Positions 19,641 through 29,356 of a stretch of DNA of 64,000 nucleotides are shown here, in pieces. Position 1 is the stretch's first letter. Each line of letters starts with the position of its first letter. This DNA is from Nitrososphaerales archaeon. Lineage in GTDB: Archaea; Thermoproteota; Nitrososphaeria; Nitrososphaerales; JACAEJ01. The stretch is from contig JACAEJ010000036.1 of assembly GCA_013388925.1 (NCBI GenBank), positions 4,600-68,599 on the forward strand. Reading direction: 5' to 3'. The notes beneath the pieces were generated by a model. It did not search any database. It was not told where the DNA came from and saw nothing but the letters and a program-made list of their open reading frames with translations. Both the position numbers and the translations under genes were made by a program.

Positions 19641-20408
19641 TCATTGTTGGAGGCAGTCCATCAATTCCACTGGATCGATATCCTTGAAACCCTTTATCTT
19701 TTCTCCATGGCTAGTGAGGTTATAAAGATCGATGCTTGTCTTCGAGGCCAAAGACTCGAGCAGTTTCTTGCAGAATCTTAGTTTGAGTAGCTTTCTTTCT
19801 AGGGGGGAGATGTACTTCTTAGAATACTTGCCTATGGTCTTACCCAAATCCATGCCTGCCAGAGCTATAGCCTTGGCACCCATTGCCAAGGCAAGAAAGG
19901 CGGCCCTATCACCATCTGTGAAACCCCCAAAGTTATAGACCCTTGGTCTAGGTTCCACTTGAGTCGTTCCCAGAATATTTGTCAATTTTGGGACATACTC
20001 TAGGAGCTGAGGAATATTATCGCCATGGCTATGAACTACCATGATCGAACCCCTTCTGTTTGCTGATAGAAGGTCTTCGAACCTTCCATCTAGGTCTGTA
20101 ACTATTATTTGAGGTACTTTGCTAACTATTTCGAGAAGGGCTGATGTTGCACCATCGGCCGTGATTATGATGAACCTTTCCAGCAGTCCAACCTTCTTTA
20201 TCTTACTCACATCTTCCTCCAAAGATGGGCCTGCACCAAATATCAGTACAGGCCTATCAGCAATAGTAACCTTGACATCGGAGGGATCTATACAGCTACT
20301 CCGAATCAACTCGCTTAGAATATCTGTAGCATGTTGGTCCTCGAATTTGCTAAATCTGAAGGCCGATGCTATCTTATCGTACCAAGGTCTCCATTCTGAA
20401 ATCTCCAT
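19641..20408 (-). CDS. mptE: 6-hydroxymethyl-7,8-dihydropterin pyrophosphokinase, archaeal MptE-like (DUF115)
   Basis: Motif series IFGAGPSL, ITADGA, VTDLDG and VHSHGDN matches the DUF115/MptE pattern as I remember it. Confidence 0.6.
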   Translation of the reverse strand: MEISEWRPWYDKIASAFRFSKFEDQHATDILSELIRSSCIDPSDVKVTIADRPVLIFGAGPSLEEDVSKIKKVGLLERFIIITADGATSALLEIVSKVPQIIVTDLDGRFEDLLSANRRGSIMVVHSHGDNIPQLLEYVPKLTNILGTTQVEPRPRVYNFGGFTDGDRAAFLALAMGAKAIALAGMDLGKTIGKYSKKYISPLERKLLKLRFCKKLLESLASKTSIDLYNLTSHGEKIKGFKDIDPVELMDCLQQ

Positions 20409-20461
20409 CTTATCTCACCAAAAGATGTGAGGAGGTCGAAGTAGATTAAAGCTTTGATTCC

Positions 20462-20743
20462 TTAGCCTCCAGCAATCGCAGGGGCAAGGGTTATAATATC
20501 TCCATCCCTTACCCTTTCACTTTCAGTGGATCCCTCTACCGATCTATCATTGATCAATATGATGAGGTCCGTTCTCATCCTATTCGTCCTAGGATCAATA
20601 AGGTGATCCCTCAACCCTTCATATCCGAGTAATCTGTCTTCTATCAGCCATTTGAGCTCTGAATGGCTTTGTAGCTCTATTTCTAGCCTTTCTTTGCCAA
20701 GAGCCTCTCTCAGGTCTCCCAAAAGCTTCACATATACCTTCAT
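20462..20743 (-). CDS. MoaD/ThiS/SAMP-type beta-grasp protein with C-terminal Gly-Gly
   Basis: The 93-aa product ends in ...LAPAIAGG immediately before the stop codon. It lies directly downstream of the AOR gene. Confidence 0.65.
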   Translation of the reverse strand: MKVYVKLLGDLREALGKERLEIELQSHSELKWLIEDRLLGYEGLRDHLIDPRTNRMRTDLIILINDRSVEGSTESERVRDGDIITLAPAIAGG

Positions 20744-20755
20744 AAGGCTCTTCTC

Positions 20756-22591
20756 CTATAATTCGAGCTCTCCTATCTTATCAGCCTTAGGCCTGCCCTC
20801 TTCGTCCCATGCCCTCAACCTATAATATTCACTCAACATCAGACCTAGGTCTGGACTGCTGTGCTTTGTCCCCTCCTCTGGTGAAGGCTTATTGATCCTC
20901 TCTGGTAGCCTATCATCCTTTCTCGATACTCCTAGCCTGTTGTTGAAGAGCCTTTTGAGGTTGAAGATCCTCTCGCCCATCATTTTGAATTCGTCTATGG
21001 AAATGCTGTATCCAGTCACGTATTCGACCAATCCCAGAAGATGAGTCAAAGTATATCCACATGAAAGGGCGAACTTACAGATTATGAGCGAATCTACGAT
21101 TGCCATGAAGTTCTGCATATCTATGACCATCCTTGCCTTACCTTCGGACGTGAACCTGTCTGGCCTCTCCTTTATTCCAAGCTCTGGGAAGAGCATCCCC
21201 CTCTCGACCCAGTGGGAAGTTGCCTGAAGATAGCATGCTCCACGGTTGGAGGTAGCGTAGCCTAATGCCAGGCTCCTATAGGCTCTTGGATCATGCATGG
21301 GCATCTCCAGCCCTTTAACATGCATCGCAAATTCACTGGCATCCTTGCCAATCTTCTCTGATGCAGTCTTCACACCATCTCCTAGAACGGAGCCTATCCC
21401 TTCTCTCTGACCTATCATCTCTATCATCCTCAGCAAAGAGTCATGGTTCCCCCAGGAAAGGTCCAAACCTCTCACATCTTCCTTCGTGAGAAGGCCCTTT
21501 TCATAGCATTCATACGTAAAGGCGATGGCGCTTCCACATGAGATGGTATCTATGCCATACCTTGTGCATAGATCGTTGGCCTTGGCTACCACTTCTATAT
21601 CATCTATCAACAGCATGGTCCCAAAAGAAGCCATGGTCTCATACTCGGGACCCTTGCCCTTTACACCGGCGTAAGGGCCAGACTTTATCTCCACCTCTCT
21701 CTTGCAGGCTATGGGGCAGGCAAAGCAAGTAACAGGTCTTTTCAGAATGGTCCTAGCCATCTGTTGCCCCGACAGCTTCCTTGCACCATCAGGCCAAGAA
21801 CCAACCATCCAGTTCTTGATGGGTACATCGCCTACGGCTTCGTTGCCCTCCATACTCCCAGCCGAGCCGTAACTCTTCAGGCTCTTTGTCCTAGGATCAT
21901 TGTTCATGATCGAATGGATCTCTCCCACCAGATCATGGAATCGGGCTTCATCTTCGACCTCAACCCTTCCACTCCCTCTTACAGCTATGGCCTTCAAGTT
22001 CTTTGATCCCATGACCGTTCCAAGTCCACACCTGCCTGCAACACCTCCATCCGTGACTATGCATGCTATCTTTGCAAGCCTCTCACCAGCCTGTCCTATG
22101 ATCAAGATCCTTGATTTTGACTCCCTTAGTTCCGATCTTACTATTGCTTCAGTTTCTACAGTATCTTTTCCCCACAAGTGCTTGGCATCTTTTAACTCTA
22201 CATCTTCATCGTTTATCCACAGGTAGCAAGGTTCTTCCGCTCTTCCTTCTAATATCATTCCATCATAACCGGCAAACTTAAGCTCTGGACCCCAGTAGCC
22301 AGCAGAGCCCGCCTCCCCCCATATCCCTGTCAAAGGGGATTTAGATGCTATGACGAACCTTCCAAAGCCTGGAGCTAGAGTCCCTGTCAAAGGGCCTGTC
22401 ATGAACACGAGCTTGTTTTCTGGGCTCAATGGATCGGTCTTTGGATCGAGCTCATCATACAGGATCTTTGCAGCGAGGCCAGACCCTCCCAAGAACTTCC
22501 TTTTGTGCTCCTCCTTTGGCAGTTCTATGGACACTCTGGGCTTGGTGAGATCTACCCTGATTATCCTGTCTTTATAGCCTCCAGGCATCAA
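20756..22591 (-). CDS. aor: Tungsten-containing aldehyde:ferredoxin oxidoreductase family
   Basis: The 611-aa product starts with the N-terminal pattern RIIRVDLTK and carries typical AOR domains (EYETMASFG, the FeS Cys residues CxxC...C in TCFACPIAC, GIDTISCG). Confidence 0.85.
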   Translation of the reverse strand: MMPGGYKDRIIRVDLTKPRVSIELPKEEHKRKFLGGSGLAAKILYDELDPKTDPLSPENKLVFMTGPLTGTLAPGFGRFVIASKSPLTGIWGEAGSAGYWGPELKFAGYDGMILEGRAEEPCYLWINDEDVELKDAKHLWGKDTVETEAIVRSELRESKSRILIIGQAGERLAKIACIVTDGGVAGRCGLGTVMGSKNLKAIAVRGSGRVEVEDEARFHDLVGEIHSIMNNDPRTKSLKSYGSAGSMEGNEAVGDVPIKNWMVGSWPDGARKLSGQQMARTILKRPVTCFACPIACKREVEIKSGPYAGVKGKGPEYETMASFGTMLLIDDIEVVAKANDLCTRYGIDTISCGSAIAFTYECYEKGLLTKEDVRGLDLSWGNHDSLLRMIEMIGQREGIGSVLGDGVKTASEKIGKDASEFAMHVKGLEMPMHDPRAYRSLALGYATSNRGACYLQATSHWVERGMLFPELGIKERPDRFTSEGKARMVIDMQNFMAIVDSLIICKFALSCGYTLTHLLGLVEYVTGYSISIDEFKMMGERIFNLKRLFNNRLGVSRKDDRLPERINKPSPEEGTKHSSPDLGLMLSEYYRLRAWDEEGRPKADKIGELEL

Positions 22592-22691
22592 GTAATATTG
22601 TTCTTTGCATTACTTAAGGTTTAATTCACTCATATTGTCAAAATAATCTTCAAATCAGTTGCAGTCAGTGGAAAGAATTGAGATTTTAACC

Positions 22692-23729
22692 TCATCCCAA
22701 GCCATGTGCCTTTCCTTCGAAATCAATGCCCAATTCCCTCCTTAGATGCAAGACCTTCTCCGAGACCCTTCCAGCATCGCTTACATAATTCAGCCTCTGC
22801 CAGAAAGATAGAGAATCTACTAGGGCGTGAAGAGCTAGCATATTCGCCCCATTTCTCACATAGTAATCGGATTCTTCTTCGAAGCTCCTTCCAGCGTATT
22901 CCAACCACTCTCCACCCTTATCAGAGAGCGAACTAGCAGTGAGGGCGATCCAGAAGGGTGAGCCTTGAAGGCTATCGATGAATCTAACATCTGCATCTCT
23001 ATTCGAGATGTGTTTTATAGCCTCTCTAATGTCTCTTGTAGATGCCTTATTGGGGTGGAGGATCTTATCCTCCTTCATAATTCCTTTAATCGACACGCTT
23101 CTCTTTTTGCTCTTGATATCTTTTGGGTAGTTGATGTTGAAAAAAGAATCCAATTTTCTGTCAAATTCTCTCATGTTCTCTACGTTGACTAGATATGATC
23201 TCTTACTCGCTCTTACTATGTCGTCGGGTCTCCATCTCCCAAGGCTTAGAAGGACTGGGTAGCAGAGTAATACGTGATCTCTTTTATAGACTGCAATGAG
23301 GGTCTCAACCTTGCCATCTGGCCATAAAGGTAAGGTAGCGTCGAAGTCATCTGCCCTGTCTACCAATAGTTCAAGCACATCTTCCTTTAAATAAGGTGTA
23401 TCACATGGCAAAACCAGCATCAAATCATCTTCAATTGATCTTGCACCAGTTGCAAGGCCTACAAGGGGGCTATGCCCAAAGCCATTCATGTCTGCTACTA
23501 TAAGAAGATCGGGGTACTCCTTGGAGAAGATGTCTGAGTACGATCTTACTTTCTCTTCATCCTTCACTACTAAAACAACTTCATTAGAAACCTGATAAGC
23601 TGTGTCCATGACCCACTCTATCATTCTTTTGCCATCTACAATTTCTAAAGCCTTGTCACTTTTAGAACCATGTTTCTGAAAACGCCTACTCTCCCCACCC
23701 GAGAGGATGGCAATTCCTACGCTCATCAA
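22692..23729 (-). CDS. MobA-like molybdenum cofactor guanylyltransferase domain with a C-terminal extension of about 150 aa of unknown function
   Basis: The N-terminus GIAILSGGESRRF and LPCDTPY are MobA/NTP-transferase motifs. The remaining roughly 150 aa are unassigned. Confidence 0.55.
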   Translation of the reverse strand: MMSVGIAILSGGESRRFQKHGSKSDKALEIVDGKRMIEWVMDTAYQVSNEVVLVVKDEEKVRSYSDIFSKEYPDLLIVADMNGFGHSPLVGLATGARSIEDDLMLVLPCDTPYLKEDVLELLVDRADDFDATLPLWPDGKVETLIAVYKRDHVLLCYPVLLSLGRWRPDDIVRASKRSYLVNVENMREFDRKLDSFFNINYPKDIKSKKRSVSIKGIMKEDKILHPNKASTRDIREAIKHISNRDADVRFIDSLQGSPFWIALTASSLSDKGGEWLEYAGRSFEEESDYYVRNGANMLALHALVDSLSFWQRLNYVSDAGRVSEKVLHLRRELGIDFEGKAHGLG

Positions 23730-23855
23730 TCGTGCCTCTAAACCTATTACTACTGACTTAGATTAAAGTTAATGCTGGGTGTTTCAGACTAAAGCCTTTT
23801 GCCATCGAAATCTATCAAACTAACGTTGAACAAGTTGATGCCTTTTATCAAATCG

Positions 23856-24638
23856 TTATATGTATCTCCCTACTCCTCCTCCCACATCTATAGATGCACC
23901 GGTTATGTAGCTACTCCTCTCAGAGGCCAAAAAGACCACGAGATTGGCAACTTCTTCAGGCTCACCCCAGCGGCCCAATGGTATGTGATCTGTGAACTTC
24001 TGCATGAACTGATCAAAAGTCAATAATGCTCCCCTCTTTTTGTGAATGTTTATCCATTGGGGAGTCTTCACGAATCCAATATTGACACTATTTACAAGTA
24101 TATTATATCTGGCCAATTCATCCGACAATGCTTTTGTGAATGCAAGGCAAGAACCTCTATTCGTAGTTGTCGCCATGAACCCTGGCAAAGACTGCCTTCC
24201 TATTATGGCATTTACGTTTATTATCCTGCCCCATCTCTGCTTTTTCATATAAGGTATAGTTTCTCTAGAGCATCTGATCATGCTGAAGAGCTTCACTTTG
24301 ATATCGTTCATCCAGTCTTCATCATTCAATTCATCAAAAGTCCCAGGCTGAGCCCTCCCAGCACTGTTCACGAGTATGTCTACTTTGCCAAACCTTTCTA
24401 CAACAGATTTGAAGAACTCCTTGACATCCTCAGGCTTCGTAACGTCTGTAGCCTTCCATAGCACTTCTACCCCTGTCTTTGACTCTATCTCTTTGGCAGT
24501 TGCCTTCAACTCATCCTCTCCTCTTGCGCATATAGCAAGCTTCGCACCCTCTCCTGCCAGTCCCATTGCTATGGCCTTCCCGATCCCTTTACTCGCTCCT
24601 GTGACTACAGCTATCTTTCCTTCAAGACCTAGTTCCAT
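23856..24638 (-). CDS. Short-chain dehydrogenase/reductase fold protein (FabG-like) with a non-canonical catalytic region
   Basis: VVTGASKGIGKAIA is the cofactor motif and LVNSAG is present. By hand alignment to FabG the Ser/Tyr/Lys positions read A/T/R (NVNAIIG...ATTTNRGS). Confidence 0.7.
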   Translation of the reverse strand: MELGLEGKIAVVTGASKGIGKAIAMGLAGEGAKLAICARGEDELKATAKEIESKTGVEVLWKATDVTKPEDVKEFFKSVVERFGKVDILVNSAGRAQPGTFDELNDEDWMNDIKVKLFSMIRCSRETIPYMKKQRWGRIINVNAIIGRQSLPGFMATTTNRGSCLAFTKALSDELARYNILVNSVNIGFVKTPQWINIHKKRGALLTFDQFMQKFTDHIPLGRWGEPEEVANLVVFLASERSSYITGASIDVGGGVGRYI

Positions 24639-24700
24639 GCTTAATCATCTCTAAAGGTTTTAAATGAACTTTTCATAAGCTCTCTGATAGATGAATAGGC

Positions 24701-24823
24701 ATGAAAAAAGAGAGTTTAGAGAAGAGGCTCGTCAAGGAAGCGAAAGAGAAGGAGAAGGCAAGGAAGAGGAAGAGGGGACCTTATAGGAAGTCAGCCATTT
24801 CTAAGCCAAAGCCTAAAGAATAA
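24701..24823 (+). CDS. Possible small basic protein (40 aa, Lys/Arg/Glu-rich)
   Basis: ATG-initiated ORF MKKESLEKRLVKEAKEKEKARKRKRGPYRKSAISKPKPKE in an otherwise empty gap. There is no homology evidence. Confidence 0.2.
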   Translation: MKKESLEKRLVKEAKEKEKARKRKRGPYRKSAISKPKPKE

Positions 24824-24830
24824 GCTAGTT

Positions 24831-26255
24831 CTATCTGCTAGGGTTTTTAGGTCGATTTGCCTTTCTCTTGCCTGGCTCAGTCATCTTATAGGGACCAAGG
24901 ATCTTGTTGAGCATCTCTCTAGGAAGTAGCCTCTTCTCCAATACGACTTCTCTTACAGTCCTGCCAGATGATATGGCCTCTTGAACGACCCTTGCTGTAG
25001 CATCAAAGCCTATGTATGGGTTCAATGCTAAAGCCAGACCTGGGCTACGCTCTACCATATCTCTACATCTTTCTTCATTGGCAGTAATCCCCATTACAAG
25101 CTTCTCAGTGAACACATGAATGGAATTCTTCAGTATGTGTAAAGATAACATCAAATTATGGCTTATAACAGGCATCATTACATTGAGCTCTAGTTGCCCT
25201 GCCTGTGAAGCAAGGGATATTGTCAAATCGCTCCCTATGACCTGAAAGGCTACCATATTCATAGCTTCTGCGATGACAGGGTTTACCTTACCTGGCATTA
25301 TCGATGATCCAGGTTGTACTGCAGGCAGGTTTATCTCACCCAATCCAGTAACAGGGCCAGAGCCCATCAGTCTAAGGTCGTTTGCAATCTTTATCATATC
25401 CACTGCCAGAGTCTTGAGTGCATTCGATAGATCCAAGAAGTCGCTCATGAACTGAGTCGCAGCTATGAGATTCTTTGCGCTACGAAGGTTAAATCCAGTA
25501 TAAACCCTTAACTTCTCTACCACGACTCTCACGTACTCAGGGTCTGCATTCAATCCAGTCCCGACAGCTGTCGCTCCTATGCTCAAATTCTCCAATGAAA
25601 TGGATGCCTTTTCTACCCTCACAATATCCTCTGCTATTAAGTTGGAATAGGCCCCAAAGACTTGGCCCAAGCGGATAGGTGCTGCATCTTCAAGGTGAGT
25701 CCTTCCTGGCTTTACTATTCTGTCAAACTCTATGGCTTTACTCTTGAATGCTTCTTCGAGCACCTTTAGCTCTGGGATTAGTTTTTGAATCATGGACAGG
25801 CAAGATATGCGGATTATAGTCGGGAATACATCGTTGGTAGACTGGGACATATTTACATGGTCGTTGGGATGAACTAGGCTATAATCTCCCTTACTCCCGC
25901 CCAAAAGCTCTATGGCCCTGTTGGCAAGAACCTCGTTGGCATTCATGTTATGGGAAGTCCCGGCCCCTGCTTGGAACACGTCTACCACGAATTGATCATG
26001 AAATCTACCATCTATGACCTCATTTGAAGCCCTTATGATGGCCTTGGCAATCTTTGGTTCTAAATCCCCGACTACCATATTCGCTTCGGCAGCAGCCTTC
26101 TTTACTACAGCTGTGGCTCTTATGAACTCTGGATGAGGTCTAATCCCACTTATGGGAAAGTTCTCTATGGCTCTTAGAGTCTGAATGCCATAGTATACAT
26201 CCTCTGGAACATCCTTCTGACCAAGGGCATCCCTCTCGACCCTCTTCTTTGCCAT
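24831..26255 (-). CDS. aspA: Aspartate ammonia-lyase (class II fumarase/aspartase family)
   Basis: GSSIMPGKVNP is the family signature. YYGIQTLRAIENFPIS and VDVFQAGAGTS resemble E. coli AspA (YYGVHTLRAIENFYIS, VDVYQGGAGTS) more than FumC. Confidence 0.75.
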   Translation of the reverse strand: MAKKRVERDALGQKDVPEDVYYGIQTLRAIENFPISGIRPHPEFIRATAVVKKAAAEANMVVGDLEPKIAKAIIRASNEVIDGRFHDQFVVDVFQAGAGTSHNMNANEVLANRAIELLGGSKGDYSLVHPNDHVNMSQSTNDVFPTIIRISCLSMIQKLIPELKVLEEAFKSKAIEFDRIVKPGRTHLEDAAPIRLGQVFGAYSNLIAEDIVRVEKASISLENLSIGATAVGTGLNADPEYVRVVVEKLRVYTGFNLRSAKNLIAATQFMSDFLDLSNALKTLAVDMIKIANDLRLMGSGPVTGLGEINLPAVQPGSSIMPGKVNPVIAEAMNMVAFQVIGSDLTISLASQAGQLELNVMMPVISHNLMLSLHILKNSIHVFTEKLVMGITANEERCRDMVERSPGLALALNPYIGFDATARVVQEAISSGRTVREVVLEKRLLPREMLNKILGPYKMTEPGKRKANRPKNPSR

Positions 26256-26295
26256 GCATAAGGATCAAGATGATGTTATGTTTAACCTTTCTACT

Positions 26296-27117
26296 CTAGG
26301 CCTTTAGAACGTAGGATGAGACCTTATGGGATAGATTGAGTTCGCTCAGATTAATCTCTAACAAAGTTCCCTTTTCCGCCTTTTCGAACGCAATCCTATA
26401 CTCTGATAACATCCCATCCAGCTTGACCATCATCCCAACTGCCGATGAATCCCTGCTTGCAGGTAGGTCAAAAGCCCTGAATATGGTTGGAGCTATCAAC
26501 TTTGCCATGGAGAGCATGGCCCAGCATACATCCCGAATCTCCCACTGTGCTGTGCTATCACACCTCTGGCTAAAAATATGCCTGAACTCTCTCGGATTTG
26601 TCGTTATGGTTATGTTCGTTTTACAGGCTGAAGGTGTAATGAATCTGACATCTTCTTTATGTAGTCCCTTTTCTGAATAGGCTTTGTATGCCTGTTTACT
26701 AAGAGCCATTAAATCATCATAACCAAGCTCCATCTTATGCCCCTTCAAATCTATTATGACCTTTTCTTTCTCGTCTATGGATGGAGGCCTGGCATACCAA
26801 TCTTTCTCTCCCACCATCTTTACATACCTCTGGCTCTGCTGTGAAAAAGAAGCAATTCTATGCCTGACCAGTTGATGTGTGAGAACTCTTGATACATCCT
26901 CTAGGCTATAGGTCAGAGAGCCGTGTTCTATTATATCATAGTGCCCCAATTGAAGGGCTTTCTCCAGCATCCTCTTGACATCGGCATCGCTCAGTAGATT
27001 TCGGCTAAGATAGAGTTCTGATGACCCGTATTGGGAGTAGCATGACCTCATGGCTGAGGCGCATACTCTCTCAAGATCAGGGGTGTAAGATACAAGAACT
27101 ACTTTCGACTTTGCCAT
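26296..27117 (-). CDS. thyX: FAD-dependent thymidylate synthase
   Basis: It carries the ThyX motif RHRIASFSQQSQRY (RHRxxSxxxxSxRY). Confidence 0.85.
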   Translation of the reverse strand: MAKSKVVLVSYTPDLERVCASAMRSCYSQYGSSELYLSRNLLSDADVKRMLEKALQLGHYDIIEHGSLTYSLEDVSRVLTHQLVRHRIASFSQQSQRYVKMVGEKDWYARPPSIDEKEKVIIDLKGHKMELGYDDLMALSKQAYKAYSEKGLHKEDVRFITPSACKTNITITTNPREFRHIFSQRCDSTAQWEIRDVCWAMLSMAKLIAPTIFRAFDLPASRDSSAVGMMVKLDGMLSEYRIAFEKAEKGTLLEINLSELNLSHKVSSYVLKA

Positions 27118-27186
27118 TCCACTATCACTTTTTACATAAGAAACTTTGGACTTAAACCTTAGCCCAGATGTAGAGATTATAAAGAA

Positions 27187-28320
27187 TCATTGCGACCATG
27201 TTACAGGCTGCCTCGTGCTCGTCTGCTTGACCAGCCCCTCTATGCTTGATCTTATAGCCCTTGTGATCTCTATGAAGGCCGGGTTTGTATAATCTTCCAG
27301 CCTTCCTTGATCCGATAGAATGGAAATGTTGGAGTCCACAGGAATCTTGCCAAGGAATCTTGTCCCAATATCCTCTGCAAATTCGAATCCTCTGGACGAT
27401 CCATAGAGCTCTATCTTTTCTTTGCACTTTGGGCATTCGATATAGCTCATGTTCTCGATTAGTCCAATGATCGGGACGTTCATGCGCTTCGCCATGTTTA
27501 TGGCCTTCTTGACAACCATGGTGGCAAGGTCCTGAGGGGAGGATACAACTATCGCGCCATCTATTGGTAAAGATTGGAATACGGTAAGAGGAGCATCGCT
27601 TGTTCCAGGGGGAAGGTCTATCAGTAGGTAGTGGAGGTCCCCCCAGTAGACATCTTGATAGAGTTGCTTGATCGCGCTGGTGATAAGAGGCCCCCTCCAT
27701 ACGATGGGGCTTGTAGGATCCTCCATCGCTAGGTTTATCGATACTACCTTTATGCCCGATTTTGTCGATACAGGGTTTATCCCGAGCTCGCCCTTTGTAA
27801 GCCTCTCTCTCAAACCGAAGATCTTCGCTATACTTGAGCCAGTTATGTCAGCATCCAGTATCCCAACATGGTGTCCCTGCCTCTTCAACTCTATAGCGAG
27901 CATCCCAGTTACAAAAGACTTGCCTACTCCTCCCTTTCCTGATACTATCGCTATTATGTTTCTTATCCCCTTCTTTTCGAGCCTATCTATGCTAGGAGCT
28001 GTCCTCCTTGCCTCTTTTTGTCTAAGGCTCGCTGCAAGTGCATCCAATTCCTCCTTTGTCATGGAAGTCAATTCTACATCTGCTGCCTTTATGCCCCCTA
28101 TTCCCATTATTGCCTTCTCTACATCACTCTTTATTGTATTGGCGAGAGGGCAGTTGGGCACAGTAAGCGCAATTTTAACCTTGACCTTATCTCCATCTAT
28201 CTCTATTCTCCTTACCATATTCAAGTCTACTATGCTTATGCCTATCTCTGGGTCTATTACCCTCTTCAACTCATCGATTATTTCACTCTTGTCTATCCTG
28301 CCAATCTTCTTTCTACCCAA
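27187..28320 (-). CDS. mrp: Mrp/NBP35/ApbC-family Fe-S cluster carrier ATPase with an N-terminal DUF59 domain
   Basis: DPEIGISIVDLNMV is DUF59-like, SGKGGVGKS is a deviant Walker A motif, and CPKC is the cluster-ligand pair. Confidence 0.85.
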   Translation of the reverse strand: MGRKKIGRIDKSEIIDELKRVIDPEIGISIVDLNMVRRIEIDGDKVKVKIALTVPNCPLANTIKSDVEKAIMGIGGIKAADVELTSMTKEELDALAASLRQKEARRTAPSIDRLEKKGIRNIIAIVSGKGGVGKSFVTGMLAIELKRQGHHVGILDADITGSSIAKIFGLRERLTKGELGINPVSTKSGIKVVSINLAMEDPTSPIVWRGPLITSAIKQLYQDVYWGDLHYLLIDLPPGTSDAPLTVFQSLPIDGAIVVSSPQDLATMVVKKAINMAKRMNVPIIGLIENMSYIECPKCKEKIELYGSSRGFEFAEDIGTRFLGKIPVDSNISILSDQGRLEDYTNPAFIEITRAIRSSIEGLVKQTSTRQPVTWSQ

Positions 28321-28486
28321 TCTTTAACACCGAGCCTCCCCGACTGCTCTCCTTCTTTTTATATCCTCTGCTCATTTTAAAGTCTAGTACTCTCGCAGAC
28401 TTGTTCGATCTTGCACTCACTCTTATCTATCATAACAATTGTCATAGCCAATATTTAAGTTGCCCAGTTCTTTTTCAATTAGATTA

Positions 28487-29221
28487 TCACTCAAAGGTCG
28501 TCTTTATCACAAACATCAGAACTATGCCGAGTAAGAGGACTGTGATATGGCCTATTGCGTCTACCATCTTCTCTCCTTTGTGCAATTCAGGGAAGAGATC
28601 CGTGGTTGCTATGTAGATGAAACCTCCCGCAGCCAATGGTATCAGAAGAGTCACAAACTGTTCCATGTATTGGGCAAAGTAGTAAGTAGAAACCGCTCCA
28701 AAGATGGCAGTTACAGCAGATAAGAAATTGTAGAACAACGCCTTTGGTCTCTTAAAGCCTCCATAGACCAATACCCCGAAATCTCCTATCTCTTGTGGTA
28801 CTTCATGGGCTACTATGGCGAAGGTAGTGGCTACACCCAATTCTATGCTGGCTAGGAAGCTTGCAGCTATAATCATGCCATCTATCCAGTTGTGTATGCC
28901 ATCCCCAAAAAGGTTCAGGTATGCGAAGGCATGAGTATCACACACCCCTTTGTGGCAGTGCCTCCATCGTAAGAACCTCTCAATGATAAAGAATAGCAAT
29001 ATGCCTGAAAGAGTAGCAAAGCTCCATGTGCTTCCTGATGCAAAGGATTCTGGCAAGAGGTGCAAGAAGGCTCCGCCCAATAACGCGCCTGAGGCAAAGG
29101 CTACAAGTGTCAAGAGAAGCCTGCTCAAAATCTTTTCATTCAAGGACAAGAAAAAGACTCCGATAAAGGATACCAGACTGACAAGAAAAGTTGAGATGAG
29201 GATTAGTACAAGGTCAGACAT
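28487..29221 (-). CDS. ZIP-family divalent metal transporter (ZupT-like)
   Basis: HNWIDGM and HEVPQEIGDFGVL are ZIP signature motifs, and the protein has 8 hydrophobic helices. Confidence 0.8.
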   Translation of the reverse strand: MSDLVLILISTFLVSLVSFIGVFFLSLNEKILSRLLLTLVAFASGALLGGAFLHLLPESFASGSTWSFATLSGILLFFIIERFLRWRHCHKGVCDTHAFAYLNLFGDGIHNWIDGMIIAASFLASIELGVATTFAIVAHEVPQEIGDFGVLVYGGFKRPKALFYNFLSAVTAIFGAVSTYYFAQYMEQFVTLLIPLAAGGFIYIATTDLFPELHKGEKMVDAIGHITVLLLGIVLMFVIKTTFE

Positions 29222-29294
29222 GAACCCACCTGGCTATAAGGGTGCAGACCGAAAGTTATTAAACTTTTCTCTGAATTTAATAAAATATGAAGGA

Positions 29295-29311
29295 AATTCT
29301 TGATAAGAATT
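29295..29311. promoter_or_regulatory. Inverted repeat AATTCTT-GAT-AAGAATT in the ZIP/nikR divergent intergenic region (candidate operator)
   Basis: A perfect 7-3-7 palindrome read directly from the sequence, about 45 nt upstream of the nikR start. Confidence 0.25.
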
Positions 29312-29356
29312 ATCTATTAAACTTTATAAGTGAAATAGACAGATTTTAATAACGAA

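Noticed and set aside
27152-28380. Long ORFs overlapping or antisense to the mrp gene (27152-27700 on the minus strand, 27668-28327 and 28018-28380 on the plus strand).
   Set aside because: They lie entirely within or opposite a well-supported Mrp/NBP35 gene. Their composition is low-complexity or Ser/Leu/Pro-rich and they carry no motifs. They are typical shadow ORFs.
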